Shown piece after piece: positions 11,421 through 25,152 of a stretch of DNA of 64,000 nucleotides. The first letter of the stretch is position 1. Each line of letters starts with the position of its first letter. A program made the position numbers and the translations under genes. This DNA is from Octopus sinensis (Eukaryota): NCBI RefSeq assembly GCF_006345805.1, contig NC_042999.1, forward strand, positions 74,338,001 through 74,402,000. Direction: 5' to 3'. The notes below the pieces were generated by a model. It did not search any database. It was not told where the DNA came from and was given only the letters and a program-made list of their open reading frames with translations.

Positions 11421-13206
11421 TGCGCAGTCTTCTGAAAATGTCGCACGGTATTACCTACCAATGAGACATGATGTTGTAGCTAGGACACTCTAGAAGGAAA
11501 TCCATCAGAAGGATAACCCCAGGACAAAGAAATAAGAGCCCACAATATGGTAGAGGCCATAGCCACTCATAAAAAATGGAGAACTGGTGGAATGTCCCAG
11601 TGAAAACCTCAATAATATGTAAGCACAACAGACCTTATAAAATGATTTGGGATAGAGAAGAGAAACTGTGCACAGCTGTGGAAATTAACTGCCCAGCGGA
11701 TGTTAACATAAAGCTGAAGATCAGTGAATATTTGTTACTTCTATTAAAAATAACCCAATTAAAATATTTTTATGCTTTAAAAGAATTTATATTTTAATTA
11801 TTAATCAATAATTAGAAATTTGAAAGTAGGTTATAAAAATAATAGTAGTACACAATTAGTTAGAACAATAAATAGAATAATACAAAAATTAGTTATATAT
11901 TACAGTAAAATCTCCTTACAATAACAAATTCACAGTAGAATTTGCTTGAGTTATTGCCTAAGTTATTGCCAAGGCTTCACATTTTTAGTCTTGACCCAAT
12001 GCCTATTTTTTACATTATGAATTTGTCCACCATATATACTCTTCTACTTTGCATAAAAGTTTAGCTATTTTGGTACTTCTGGCTCTTATTTTTTAAGCAT
12101 CCTAGTGTGTCAATATCTTAGCAAAATGACGGTACGTTTTTTTAATTATAATATTACTTAGTAAATTTAAATCAAATGATTTTTAATATTCAAACTTTAT
12201 CCTTAGCTGCAATATTTTAAGTTAGGATTTTCTTGTTCTGTACTTTACCAGATGTAATAAGTTGTCCTGAACTTTTACAGGTGCAATAACTTGTCCTGTA
12301 ATTTTCCAGGTTTATAATTTTAAGAATATTATTTCTCCTGCTCGCATTTTTCCATGTGAGCCATTTTTTTTTCAGGCTATGCTATTATACTAATTAATAG
12401 TGTGTCAAATGTGTCATTTAGCGGTCGTTGATAACTTTTTTTCCTTATCTCAATGATGCCTGTGACATATGTTAAAAGTCTTCTTAATCGAGCTATATTT
12501 ATAAAAAAAGTATGGAACTTTATTATCACCCTCAAATTTGAGAAACAAACACTCATAACTTTTTTTCTTTTAAAACTTCATTCTATGAGATTCATACCAT
12601 GAAATTCCTCGAATTGAGCTCTATCATTTAAGCTTAATTAAAATGTAGTTTGCCAATAAAACAGAAAAAGTTAATTACACTTAAATCCAATTTTTTGCCT
12701 TACTTATATTTTTTTCATGATATTTTACCTCACAACTTTTTGATACAAATTTTTGTTACATGAAACAAAAACTTTGAAATTTTTCAGGCTTTCTTCTATC
12801 ATTGAAGCTAAAGTAAATATATTTTGATTTTAAAATAAAAAAAAAGTTATTTAGATCTAAACTTGATTGTTGGCGTTATTTACCTCCTATAACGTTGCTA
12901 CAAATTTTGATGTAAACTTTTCTACTGGTACAAATCTCAGTTTCTTTTAATGCCAAATTGTAGCTAGGGACCAGTCTTCTTTTAAAATGTTAACAATTTT
13001 CAATTTAGTTAAGAACTGAATGAGCGACAAGCTCTGAAAGATGCTGCATGTGAGTAAATTGCGGCCTTAAAAATATTATTCAACCACTACCGTAGTTGAG
13101 TGATAAAAGAGAAGCAGATTTCCATCTGTCTGCCCATCACATCTATTAAAGAGAGGAAAAGAAGGAGAGGAATCAAAATATACAACGTATTGTTACAAGG
13201 GGAGGA

Positions 13207-13995
<789 letters not shown>

Positions 13996-14262
13996 CTAAC
14001 ACATCAGACTTCAAACAAACGCTGTATGTACATACATATGTATAGTTAGTCTCTTTTGTTGTGTGTGTATGTGTGAGTGCATGTGTGTGTATGTATGTGT
14101 GTGGGTGTGGGTGGATGTGTACGTATGTTTCTGTGTCTTTCAACGTATAGAAAACGCAACACAGTCTTTAAAAAAAGACTTTCGTTTTCAATAATTTATG
14201 AAGATATGTGCATGATTAACAAATATTTTTACCGGCTGCCTAGCGACGGTTACGATCTAGTT

Positions 14263-14934
14263 GTGCATAATGCGTATTCACCCTGCCATCTCGGTTAGAG
14301 CTAGGAGAGTGAATAGAGAATGCAATTTCGACGTAGATATATATGATAATAAATTAATGAACTCTTTTAAGAGACTGAAATAGAGGAAGTAAAGGAAAAT
14401 AGATAGAAAGGAAGAAAAGAGGAAAAAGAAAAAGAAATGTCTCTCATTCACTTAAAGGATGTCAAAGAATTTCATGGGTCCAACAGTTAATGAAACGAGA
14501 TGGCTGACCTAACGAATGTAGATAAAATTAAGATGAAATGTTATAAAGAAGAGATGAAGTAAAGTGAAGGTACCACCACATAACAGCAAAGGCGCCAGTC
14601 TCTTCTTTATTGCATCTCATCTTAATTTTATTTACAATCGTTCATTCTCTTGCTTATCTTGATACCATCAGATGTTGACCAGCCATCTCGTACCATTGAT
14701 TATTAGACCATTGAATCTCTGTGACATCCTTTAAGTGGATGAGATTTTTTGCTTTTATGTTTTTTTCTTTTTTCCATTTCCTTTTTCTCCTTTTCTGTTT
14801 CTCTTCCTTTTGTTCCTCTATTTCAATTCTTTAAACGTGTTGATTAATTTATTACCATTTATATTTACATCGACATAGCATTCCCTATTCACTCAGCTGT
14901 AACTGAGATGGAAGGTTTAATACGCATTATGTAC
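14263..14934. repeat. Diverged foldback (long inverted repeat), MITE-like
   Basis: Left arm GTGCATAATGCGTATTCACCCTGCCATCTC...ATAAAGAAGAGA mirrors right arm TCTCTTCTTTAT...GAGATGGAAGGTTTAATACGCATTATGTAC; spacer about 45 bp. Confidence 0.8.
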
Positions 14935-15624
14935 TCTTTGTGTGAAAATTCCTTCATGTTAAATTTTACTCTTTACTCACCCGAAGAAAACGGTTTTTGT
15001 TACAGGGCGTATTGTTTTGTTCAATAAAGAACACTTCTGAAACAGCTGTAGTGAATATCAACCTATCTGTGTTATCGTTTATACTTCATCACACTTGGAG
15101 CCTTCTTTGTGTTGGATCTTGAGCCTATATTTAGCTGTGAAATACGTGCCAGAGTGTATTCCTGTACGATTTTACGTATACGTTATGTATTCGGTCAATA
15201 CTTGTGAATGTATGCATAATTAGAAGAACAAATTCATATTTACTTGATTAAATACGTATGTGCCTATACACACTGTTAGTGCACAGGTATGGTATCTCTG
15301 ACTCTACCTTGGTGCATTTGCTATTTAAATACGTTGATTCTATCAGATCCTGAAAAATTTATTAGATAGATAGATAGATATTGTTGTGTCTCGGAAGATT
15401 TATTATGCCAATATTATTAACACACGCTCTGATTCAATTCCACTCTTGACACAACCAATTAATTGATTGTTTCTTTAATTTGGTTAGACAGTAAGTCGTC
15501 TGTTTTGTTTTTGTTTGTCTGTTTTTTTTTTGTCAAAGCTTTTTCGTTGCTATTTGCAACTGTTTCAATTACTTTTCTCTTAGTCTGTTACAGAGGCCGC
15601 GTTGATCTGTCTGGGACCTTGTTG

Positions 15625-16380
15625 CGTGCATGTGTGTGTGTGTGCGTGCCAGTGCGCGTGTGTGTTTGCGTATGTATGTATTCTGCAAGTACTCTTGTGT
15701 CTATGTGTGTGCATGATTGTGAGTTTGTGTATGTATATGTGTGTGTATGTGTTTCCGTATACTCTGCTCCGTATGCGTACGAGCTTGCGTTTGTCTTTGC
15801 GTATGAGTTTGTGTATTTGTGCACATGTGCCTATTGTGTGTCGTATATGTCTATGTCTGTGTGCGTGCATGGTATGTGTATGTCTTGTGTATATACGTGT
15901 GCGCCTGTGCATGTGTGTACGTGCATGTACGTGGTGCGTGTGTATGTGTATGTATGCATGATGTGTGTGTCCGTGCATGTATGTGTGTTGCCCGTATGCT
16001 TTATGTGCGCTTAGGTGTGTGTATGGTGTGTATATATGCATGTGTGTGTTGTGTGTGTATGCGTGTGCGTGGTGTATATGTATGCATGTGCTTGGTGTGT
16101 GCGTAGTGTTCGTGTGTATGGTCGTATGCTTCTGTGTCCTTGTGTGTATGTGTGCTTTTGTGCGTGTGTATATGCATGCTTGTCCATACTACCTATTTAC
16201 CTAGATGCATATCTACTGACCTACCCACCTACCTAACTACTTATTTGCCTATCTACCGGCCTACATAACTAACTAAATAGTAAACAATCTATATAACTAA
16301 CCTAACTCCTTAAAAAACTTCATACTTATCTACCTATCAACTATTTACTTAATCGACTGCCTACTTACGAATGTACTTAT
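15625..16380. repeat. Cryptic GT-rich low-complexity tract followed by CTAC/CTAA-type repeats
   Basis: Direct reading; source of spurious C/V/Y/M and H/T ORFs. Confidence 0.9.
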
Positions 16381-16399
16381 GTATGCATGCTGCAGGATG

Positions 16400-16716
16400 A
16401 TATCCATGGCATTGAAGTATCTCTACCTCCTAATTCCATTTAGTGTGGACAATGTTTCATTTATGAGAACATACTCTTATTTTTGTCTAAGTGATGAGTC
16501 TTTTGAGTGTTTGGACAAAATGCGGATGTCAATTCGGCCCAGTTTTCCACCATGTTGGCCTTTGGCATGTTGATAGAGTATGGATGACTGTTTCTTGTCA
16601 GTATATTCCCTCCAATGTTCGTTTTGCCTCTCTACTAAACTCCTAGAGATTTCGCTAATGTATGCCATATTTCTGTCCTTACAAACTCCTTCTATGCATC
16701 TTATGCTGTAGACTAC

Positions 16717-16721
<5 letters not shown>
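16400..16721 (-). pseudogene. GIY-YIG endonuclease fragment of a third PLE family
   Basis: Minus strand KNVVYSIRCIEGVCKDRNMAYISEISRSLVERQNEH...HAKGQH...ILSKH..DSSLRQ...TLNG fits the VVY..C..C..YIGET pattern. Confidence 0.7.
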
Positions 16722-16769
<48 letters not shown>

Positions 16770-16804
16770 TATATATATATTATATATATATATATATAAT
16801 TTAC

Positions 16805-17174
16805 AAGATAAGGGCAAAAGAAAATTCTAATGCCAAATATGCCTAAGAAAAGACAAAAATTGTCAATAACCATTATCATTTATGCGTCTCGATACAAACC
16901 GATAGATATTTCTAAAAAAATCCGTTATTACCGTATTGGTCCCAATTTTTCCATGGGTATGAGTAAGTATTTCACTTATATCTCACGTATTTATCGCTGA
17001 AGAGGGGAAAATTCTTATGAATTAACCCCGAAATTGGGACCAAAACGGTAATAACGGATTTTTTAGAAATTTCTATCGGTTTGTTTCGAGACGCATAAAT
17101 TATAATGGTTATTGACAATTTTTGTCTTTTCTTAGGCATATTTGGCATTAGAATTTTTCTTTTGCCCTTATCTT
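16805..17174 (+). mobile_element. 370-bp palindrome (144-bp arms), interpreted as a PLE terminus with an inverted duplication
   Basis: 16805-16948 is the reverse complement of 17031-17174; the spacer and right arm contain an HHR motif. Confidence 0.7.
16991..17051 (+). ncRNA. Type-I hammerhead ribozyme motif, U16.1 mutated in this arm
   Basis: TTATCG-CTGAAGA-GGGG-AA-AATTC-TTAT-GAATT-AA-CCCC-GAAA-TTGG-GA-CCAA-A-A-CGGTAA. The left-arm copy preserves CCAA-T-A (AUA triplet). Confidence 0.7.
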
Positions 17175-17493
17175 ATCATTCCAGGAATGTGCCGAATGTT
17201 ACTCGTGAACTAGGAAATGTAGTCCAGGTAACGAAATGCACGAGGCGAGTGTTTGTCCGATTTAGATGACAGAGCAAACGTAAGAGGCTTGTGACCAGTA
17301 TAAATCACAAAATCTCGGCCCTCGAGTTGATGTTGAAAATGACGAACTGACAGGTAGATCGCCAAGAGCTTGCGATCAAACGTACTGTACCGACGTTCAG
17401 CTGGCTTAAACTGACGAGAGAGAAAACGCCAAAGGTTTAGTTTAATTGTTTACGGTGTGTTGTAAAATAGCGCCAGTCGCAGAATCCTATGCA

Positions 17494-20400
17494 TCAATGG
17501 TTAAAGAGAGAGGCATCGGGAACCGGGTGTGCAAGCAAAAGGACAGAAACTATTTCTTTCTTGATTGACTCAAAGGCAGATAACACCGCAGCAGATAAAG
17601 TAACAGGAGAATTCTTTTTTGTATTTGCTTTCAAAAGCTGAGTCAAGAGAAGTAACTTGTCTGCATGGTCACGAAGAAATCGTTTATATAAGTTGACGAC
17701 TCCACGGACAACTTCATCAATAAATCTTTGGGACGTGCTCGTGGCGTTCCGCAAACCGAAGCTCATAAAAAGGAACGCGAAGCTGCCAGAGGGAGTAGTG
17801 ATGGCAGTTTTTGGTACGTCCTCAGCATTGACCAATATTTGATGATAGGCACGAACGAGGTCGACCTTAGAAAAATAGTACAACCATGCAAATTAGAGAA
17901 GACCTGGAGGTTTCGTATGGGATGGCGATCAGAACAGTGACCGCATTCAAAGGTCTATAATCCCCACCATCGAGCGAAAATCAGAATCCCCTTTTCGTGC
18001 CAAATGAAGGGCTGATAGAGGGGTGAATAAGGCCAAGCTGGAGCATATGCTCAAACTCGGACCTAGCCTTCTTAAGACGGTCAGGAGCAAGTCACTGCGG
18101 GTGTGAAAAGGCAGGTGGCCCAGTGGTGGTAATATAGTGGAGAGTCGAGTGAGTAGGTTTTGCCGTTTGGAATAGCTGATCCACCATCTCTGAGAAGGAA
18201 GCTAAGAGTGAATGAAAAACATCACCAGCAATGGCAACAAAAAGTGAAGGACTGAGAACAGCATTGGTAGTGGCCTTTGCAGGTGTAGACAAGGACGTAG
18301 AACAACCAACAAGTGTCTGTCACCTGACATCTACCAATAGATTAAAATTATTCAAAAAGTTCGCACCCAGAATAGGATGTGGGAGATCAGCTATGACAAA
18401 AATCCACCTGAAATCCCGGCGAAGATTAATGTCGGTATTTAATGAAATTTGACCATAAGTCAATCTTTGACCATGTACAATCTTCTTCAACGTTTTCTGG
18501 AATGCTGGTTTCCCTATTGTTTTGCATGTGTTTTCATTAATTAAAGTAATGTCACTACTTGTAGCTAACTGTAATTTTACATTTGTATTATCAATTTCTA
18601 CATATACAAATTTCCTTTGAGTCTGGTTTGTATTTCTTGTCGCCGATAAACTGTTTACATGATTTTTTTTTTCTGTTGAACCGTTTTCTAGGTTTTGATT
18701 TACAGCGTGATTTTTCATGACCTATCACATTACATTTAAAGCATTTTCGATTTCTATAAGGGCAGGCAGTCGAATCTGTAGTGTAATTCACCACATTCAA
18801 AACATGGGTTAATTTTCTGCTTTTCATTTCATATTTTCTGTCTCACCGACTGTATGAGTTTCTCACCGACTGTATATGAGTTTCTCACTTCAATTTGTTC
18901 TGTATCATGCTTTAGGCTTATCATTCTCTGGCATTCCTCGGATATTTATTGTAGAGCTAACTTCTGATTCTGCTCAAATTTAGTCAGAATTCGGTTACGA
19001 ATTTTCGCTTATTTCATTGCGGTTAAACCTTGCACGAGAATCAAGCATTTAAACATATCTTGTGCTATTTCATTAATTTTAAATTTCTCACATTCCCTAT
19101 TAATGATTCCAGCGTATGTAAAAAATCTTCGTCTTTTTTTTTATTTACATGCATTGCCAGTGTGTATTAAATAAAGAGCTTTTTCCGCAGAAAATCTTTG
19201 ATAGAATATTCACTGTTTCTTCAAAACAGATTCCACCCGGTTTCTTTGGTAATACGTAATTGCGATATTTCTCATGCTCAGCTGGTGCCAACATTCTCAA
19301 CAAAAGTCGAAATTTTTACTCGTTTTACTATTTGTTGCATCCTTCTCTAAAAGATTCCTCATACTTTCTAGAGTAACCAGAAAAAGTAGTACCCTTCTCT
19401 GAGTTATATGCGATCTCTCCGATCGAGTTTGCGACAGTGTCAGGGTTGGACGAATTAGATGTGCCTTCTGTTTTCTTCTGTATCACTTGTACTAACAGTT
19501 GCTGTTGCTTCTGAAATTCCAGCAACTGCTGCTGTTGTTGTTTCTGTAATTCCAGCAACTGTTGTTGTTGTTGCTGTAATTGAATTACCGAAGCTAGTAA
19601 ACCTTTCATGTTCAAGCAAAAATCGGTCCAGCATGAGCTTCGAATAATCGTCACACAAAAAATGTCATGATGTGGGTATACATGTCTGGTGTAAAATGGG
19701 ATCTTTTCCTTTTGATGGACGGAATTTCTAGTTAACTAAACAATTTGAAACTTCGTATACTGGTAGAATGTGTCAAAAGAAAACATTATTTTCACTTGGC
19801 TTTTTTGAGAAAATTGTAATTTGTAAGTTTAACGTAGTTTAATTCTTCGAATTTTAACCAATGAAATGCCAGCATTTGAGCTCAAATCATTTGCTACGTT
19901 ATCGATATTGATAAACAAACGAGGAGACGCACGCCGCATACACACACACACACATATATTCAGATACATACACACGTACACTTGCACGCGCACACACACA
20001 CACACACACTGTCACTCTCTCTCTCTCTCTCAAACACATGCATATACATTTGCACAAGCACATAGTAATTAATATATAAGCGTACACACACATACAAACG
20101 GAGATATACATACACGTTCGTGTGTTCGCACTGGTGTCGATAGAATCGACTTAATACTTTTGTATTTCATGCTTTGTCCCCTCTATGTTTTGCCCCTTGC
20201 CGCAACAAATTTACACAAAAGGTAAATAAACCAGAAGTGGGGGTCAATGTTTCATCGTTTTGGGGTCGATAAATTAAGTACCAATTACGCACTGGTGTCG
20301 AGGATTTTTTCCCAATTTATATCACAGCCTCCGACAAGCTGGGGCATTCTTTTACAATACGACCCACACTGCACGCGCACCCTCTAGACCGATTTAGGCA

Positions 20401-20621
20401 TATTATTGTTTTGTTTTTGTGGCTGTTGGCCCTTCAAAACCATGGGAGAAGCCTTTTCGGTAAAAAAAATAAAGAAAATATTCAAAAAATATCGTTAATT
20501 TTTTTATTGGGCGACGAAATTCATCGATTTAAGAGATATGGCTGTTATTTTTAGCACATGCCTCCTCCTTTGTTTATCAATATCGATGAGCGAGACAGAC
20601 AGAAGAGAGAAGGATGAATAA

Positions 20622-20673
<52 letters not shown>

Positions 20674-21136
20674 TTACGTTGCAACAGGATGTTGTCTGAG
20701 TTTTTAGACGCAGCAAATGATATGACCTCAAATGCTGGCATTTCATTGGTTAAAATTCGAAGAATTAAACTACGTTAAACTTACAAATCACAATTTTCTC
20801 AAAAAAGCCAAGTGAAAATAATGTTTTCTTTTGACACATTCTACCAATATACGAAGTTTCAAATTGTTTAGTTAACTAGAAATTCCATCCATCAAAAGGA
20901 AAAGATCCGTAAAATGGTATTACTAGTTGGCTGCGGTTGTCTAAAAATAACCTCTCACAGAATTATATATCAACACAGAATGCACTCTACTACTCGCACA
21001 TAAGTATGATACTCAGTATTCACTGTTCAAATACCAACTGTTAAACCACACGTCGAACTAACACTCACTTCTTATTTGTTGCAATCGGTTACTCCACATT
21101 CAGTTACGTGGGGGTGTTCGCCATTGTCCCATAACA
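17494..21136 (-). mobile_element. Decayed Ty3/Gypsy LTR retrotransposon (Q-rich Gag, CCHC, protease, RT fragments) with a putative 5' LTR at 19663-21136 interrupted by a MITE
   Basis: ORFs 19328-19654 (Q-rich Gag), 18591-18827 (CFKCNVIGH..C), 18320-18718 (protease) and 17494-17883 (DLVRAYHQI..KTAITTP..FGLRNA). Putative LTR ends TGTCATG...CATAACA. Confidence 0.8.
19699..20908. mobile_element. Non-autonomous DNA transposon, 1,210 bp, long TIRs, GG...CC ends, 8-bp TSD (Merlin-like)
   Basis: GTAAAATG at 19691-19698 and 20909-20916. TIRs start GGATCTTTTCCTTTTGATGGA and match over about 200 bp. Confidence 0.8.
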
Positions 21137-22087
21137 GATACCTTTTTTCTGAAATATGTAACCATTTGGTTAAACTCTACTTTTGTTGAGTTCTTTCTCC
21201 TTGTCTCATGTATTTCTGATAACATTACTTATGTGTGTGTGTCTTTGCTTCTTCCATAATTGCTACCCTGCACATCCCTCCCTCCTTCTTCATTTACTTC
21301 TGCTATGTCTCATCACCAACTCAAATGAACTCCTTTATTTAGCCCCTCCTACTACATTTTTGTTGCACATGTTAACTTACCGAACATTTAGCTAGATATC
21401 AACTATATCTATTTAACTTGTCGAAAGTTTTGTGATGGCTGTAGACACTGCACATTTTCCTGACTATACCAGCCATTACCTAGAATGTGGGTCTAATGAC
21501 AAAATGGACTGACACAATTGCTGCACATTACTAGATTGAATTGGTATTTATTTGCAATAGCTAACATGATTTTAGACAATGTAGAATACAGTATTCGACC
21601 CAGAAACACAGCAAGGTGGCAGGAACAAATTTGAAATGACTCAAGAACAGTTATTCCTATCTGTTTGGTCCTCCTCTCAACATTTTTACTCATAGGATGA
21701 GATATCATGTTGGAGCTAGATGGTAGGATACAATTCTAGTAGGAATTAAGGATAAAATTCGTTTCCACAATGATAAGTTTCAATTTTGGTGAAGAGATGT
21801 TATAAACTAGTATAAGGAATGTTGTTACTGAATCTATGTTACATAAAGTTAAATCAAATCCAATAAAACAAGCCAATAGTCATATTTTTTTGTTACTTGA
21901 AAGATACATTATAAAGTTTCAATGTATTACTACAGAATTACTATTCAACATTTTATATTAACTAAAAAAAAACATTAGATATAAAATTTCTCATGGAAAT
22001 GTTGTTTTAATAATTCTAATATCCAATTCTACTTTCTAAATTGTTAATAAATAACTGACAAATCAATATTATCATTTTTTTTTACAG

Positions 22088-22426
22088 GACACTATATATA
22101 TGCAGAAGCTTCTAATGGAAATTACAATGATACAACAAGTCTTAAGTTTCCAGTTTCAAAAGATGCCAAAGGGAAACAGCTGAAATTTGATTACAACATG
22201 TATGGAAGATATGTTGGTCAACTATATGTTGTATTTATCACTAGTCAATCTTCAAATGAAGAAATAGTTTGGATGATGACAGGAAATAAAGGAATATACT
22301 GGCTCAAAGCATGTGTACCTATTACAAATGACATAAGTGAAATCATATTTGTAGCTGTAAGAGGATATTCATACCAAGGAGACATTGCAATAGACAATGT
22401 GGTAATTGAAGAAAAAGGATGCCCTG
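22088..22426 (+). CDS. MAM-domain protein exon (C-terminal half of MAM repeat 1)
   Basis: tttacag|GA CAC; GHYIYAEAS...FDYNMYG..VGQL...W...GN..W..AC...GDIAIDNV...GCP; |gtaata donor; 339 nt, phase 1-1. Confidence 0.9.
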
Positions 22427-22899
22427 GTAATATTTTTAAATTTTATTTTTCATATGTAAAAAGGTTTGCTAAATTGGAAGTGTTTGTTTATATAACCATT
22501 ATTGACTTGATCACTGGGTAGATATAAATGAAGTGGTATTGCACAAGCCTAAACAGTTAATTTCATCATTCTCACCTCTAGAACAAATCTTATCAACATT
22601 GAAAAGACTTCTGTTTATAAGTACAGTTGATTATATACAACCCATTCAGTATTATCACTCAGTAAAAAATCATTTTTGAATTGACATTTTGATGATATTT
22701 TCATCAATAGGAAGGAAACAAATTCTGAATTTCTGAGATAAGGAATTATTTATAAACTGATATGTCCAAACTAGTGTCTTTACTTTGCTTGTTATAGTTA
22801 CAATGTTTCAGTTGTTGTACTCTGTGACTGTTTATGGGTGTCTGTCATATATGGTAACCTTCTTGTAATTTCAAACCAAACCTTTTATTCGGTCCAGAG

Positions 22900-23560
22900 A
22901 GATCGATTGTTCTCATTCTTTAGCCATACCAGAGACATTTTCATATTAGCTGTTCTGCTTGTGATGTCGCTTGTCCCACTTGAACCAAATATTATTTGAC
23001 TGGCCTTGAATGCATATCTGCTAGCTAAACTACTACATATATGTGACATCTATTCATTCCTTATATACACAATCCCTTTGTCACATAAAACAAATTGGTA
23101 ATGGAACCCTAATTGTGTTTGAAAGTTTAGTGCTCTTTCTTAATTAATGGTATATGATATTCTTTCCTCTGCTAAGACTACTGAAAAAGTTATCAAAGCT
23201 AAGCATATACACTGATTCCTTCCATCATCTTATCTTCCATGTTCTTTATCTGCTATCTTGACTTTGTTCCACAACAGTTGATGATGTTCCCTGCCATAAT
23301 GATAAATTATGCTTGATATTTCTATCTTCTCATATATTTCAGCTTTACAACATTCTTCCAGGTTTTCTTTAGTGGACAGCTGGAATTACCTTTAAAGTTT
23401 TTCCTAATTCAGCAAAAGGCAGTTATTTTCACTTTACAGTATGGATGTAGTATCTTCAAAATACTACTCTCTTTTCTGGAGTATTATACTAATTCATTGA
23501 TTACCATATTAGTCCACATACAGACACTGGTCAATCTTCTGCATTCAGTTACACAGTGAT
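22900..23560 (-). pseudogene. Highly decayed piggyBac-like transposase remnant
   Basis: Minus strand YMLSFDNFFSS followed, after a frameshift, by ...LRK...NTIR; resembles the DNxFtS...GTIR motifs. Confidence 0.35.
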
Positions 23561-23607
23561 AGCAAAATAGTTGAGAATATTGAAAACCTACAGATGAAGA
23601 GACTCGA

Positions 23608-23665
23608 CCAGTTACAATGTTCAGCTCAAATCCACCCATATGTGATTTAAGCTTCATCAGGCTGA
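23608..23665 (-). ncRNA. Degenerate hammerhead-like motif
   Basis: TCAGC-CTGATGA-AGCTTAAATC..GGATTTGAGCT-GAA-CA-T-TGT-A-ACTGG: 10-bp stem II, one A missing from GAAA, stem I partly broken. Confidence 0.4.
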
Positions 23666-24845
23666 CTCACTCAAAATATCCATGTAATGGAAATTTAAGT
23701 GGGGCCTTCAAGAATCCAATGGATTATGGGATTCCCAGAAATCTGGTTTTCAATGTAACTAGCAATGGTGCACTAAGTATTCAGGATAACACCATAAATT
23801 GCAAGTTTTAGCCATGTAAGCTGAAGAAACAAAATATTCCTTGTTTACTTCTCTAAGTAGGCATGGTACCTAAGGTGGGGAAGTCTCGAAAGTTGCTAGG
23901 ATCATACTCTTCTTACTAAGGAAAATATCAGGGCCAGGAAAATGAAATAACAACAATCAAAACTGAAATAGCCTGGGATCCCAACAGAAAAGTTATTTGT
24001 ATTCTTGCTACACTTTGCAGAGCAATATATTCTTTGTAAGGTGAAAAGAATATTGTCAATTAATTTTAATCCAGGCTATTACTGGTACTTATTTCTTAAT
24101 CTTACATGGATAAATGGCTTATCCAACCATAAAGTATTTGAACTCAGTACCATAGACTGGATTGGATGTGTTAATCAGAATTATTTGCTTGCTCACCTCA
24201 CCCAACACACCTCTCTCTCCTTTTCTACTATATCAACTGCCACCCAGGTTCCAGAATAAATACTTTGACCCAGCTATCTTCACAAGAGCACAAACCTTCT
24301 AGAATTTTCTCCTTGTTTGTATCATTATGCAAACTTCAGCTTGGAGATGCTAAAGCTGAACTAATGTTAAAAATTTAACCCTACTTATCTGAGAGGGATT
24401 GCAAAGATGATGGCCACATCCTTCTCTTCCTGACTAAGCTATAACTGTTGTCCACCCACCCAAACACATATGTACACATACTAGACAGCAGAAAAGCACT
24501 TGTCTCTATGATCTGTATCGATTTTACTTAATTTTATTAATTGATATTCAAATTTTTATGAATTGATATTCAAAATTTGAATTTCAGTATGTTAAATATA
24601 AAAAAAAAATTACTTGCCTTTTATTTTTTATTCTAATATCTATACAGACACATTATTAAATTGTTGCAGTAATTTAATTGATAATTACTTGAATTGGAAG
24701 TATAATATATATATTTTGTGTTAAATATTTCAGAACTAGCAAAAGAAACTTTCAAAGAAATTTATCTGTTTTGAAATCCCAAAAATTCAGTTCTTCAAAT
24801 TATGGTGCATAAACTTTCATTTACATGTTTTCTATATTGCTACAG

Positions 24846-24935
24846 GTCCCTTTGATTGTGACTTTCAAAATGGAATGTGCAACTATAAAATAGCCAGAAC
24901 ATATTCTTTTTTATGGTCTCTTCAGACTCTAAGTT
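24846..24935 (+). CDS. MAM-domain protein exon (N-terminal part of MAM repeat 2)
   Basis: tacag|GT CCC; PFDCDFQNGMCNYKIARTYSFLWSLQTLS; |gtaagt donor; 90 nt, phase 1-1. Confidence 0.85.
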
Positions 24936-25152
24936 GTAAGTTTTCTTATTTTCTTTATCATCCAAAATATTTAAATGTACATATCTGAATGAAACCATAA
25001 ATACAATATATATATATATATATATATATAATCAAATGAATAATAACAGATGATGGATAAATCTCAGCTTATTACAACTGTTTCTTATGCATTTTTTAAT
25101 AGAAGAATGAGAACATTACACCATGACAAAAAACTGTAATCATTAGATTAGA

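Noticed and set aside
13008-13055. Possible exon ending at GCAT|GTGAGT
   Set aside because: Stops in all three frames after the nearest AG; it could be a UTR exon but is unsupported.
15085-15150. Possible minus-strand micro-exon (KYRLKIQHKEGSKCDE)
   Set aside because: No recognisable domain, weak donor and no partner exons.
16805-17174. Classical MITE interpretation
   Set aside because: No clear TSD, and the internal HHR plus the neighbouring GIY-YIG fragment fit a PLE inverted terminus better.
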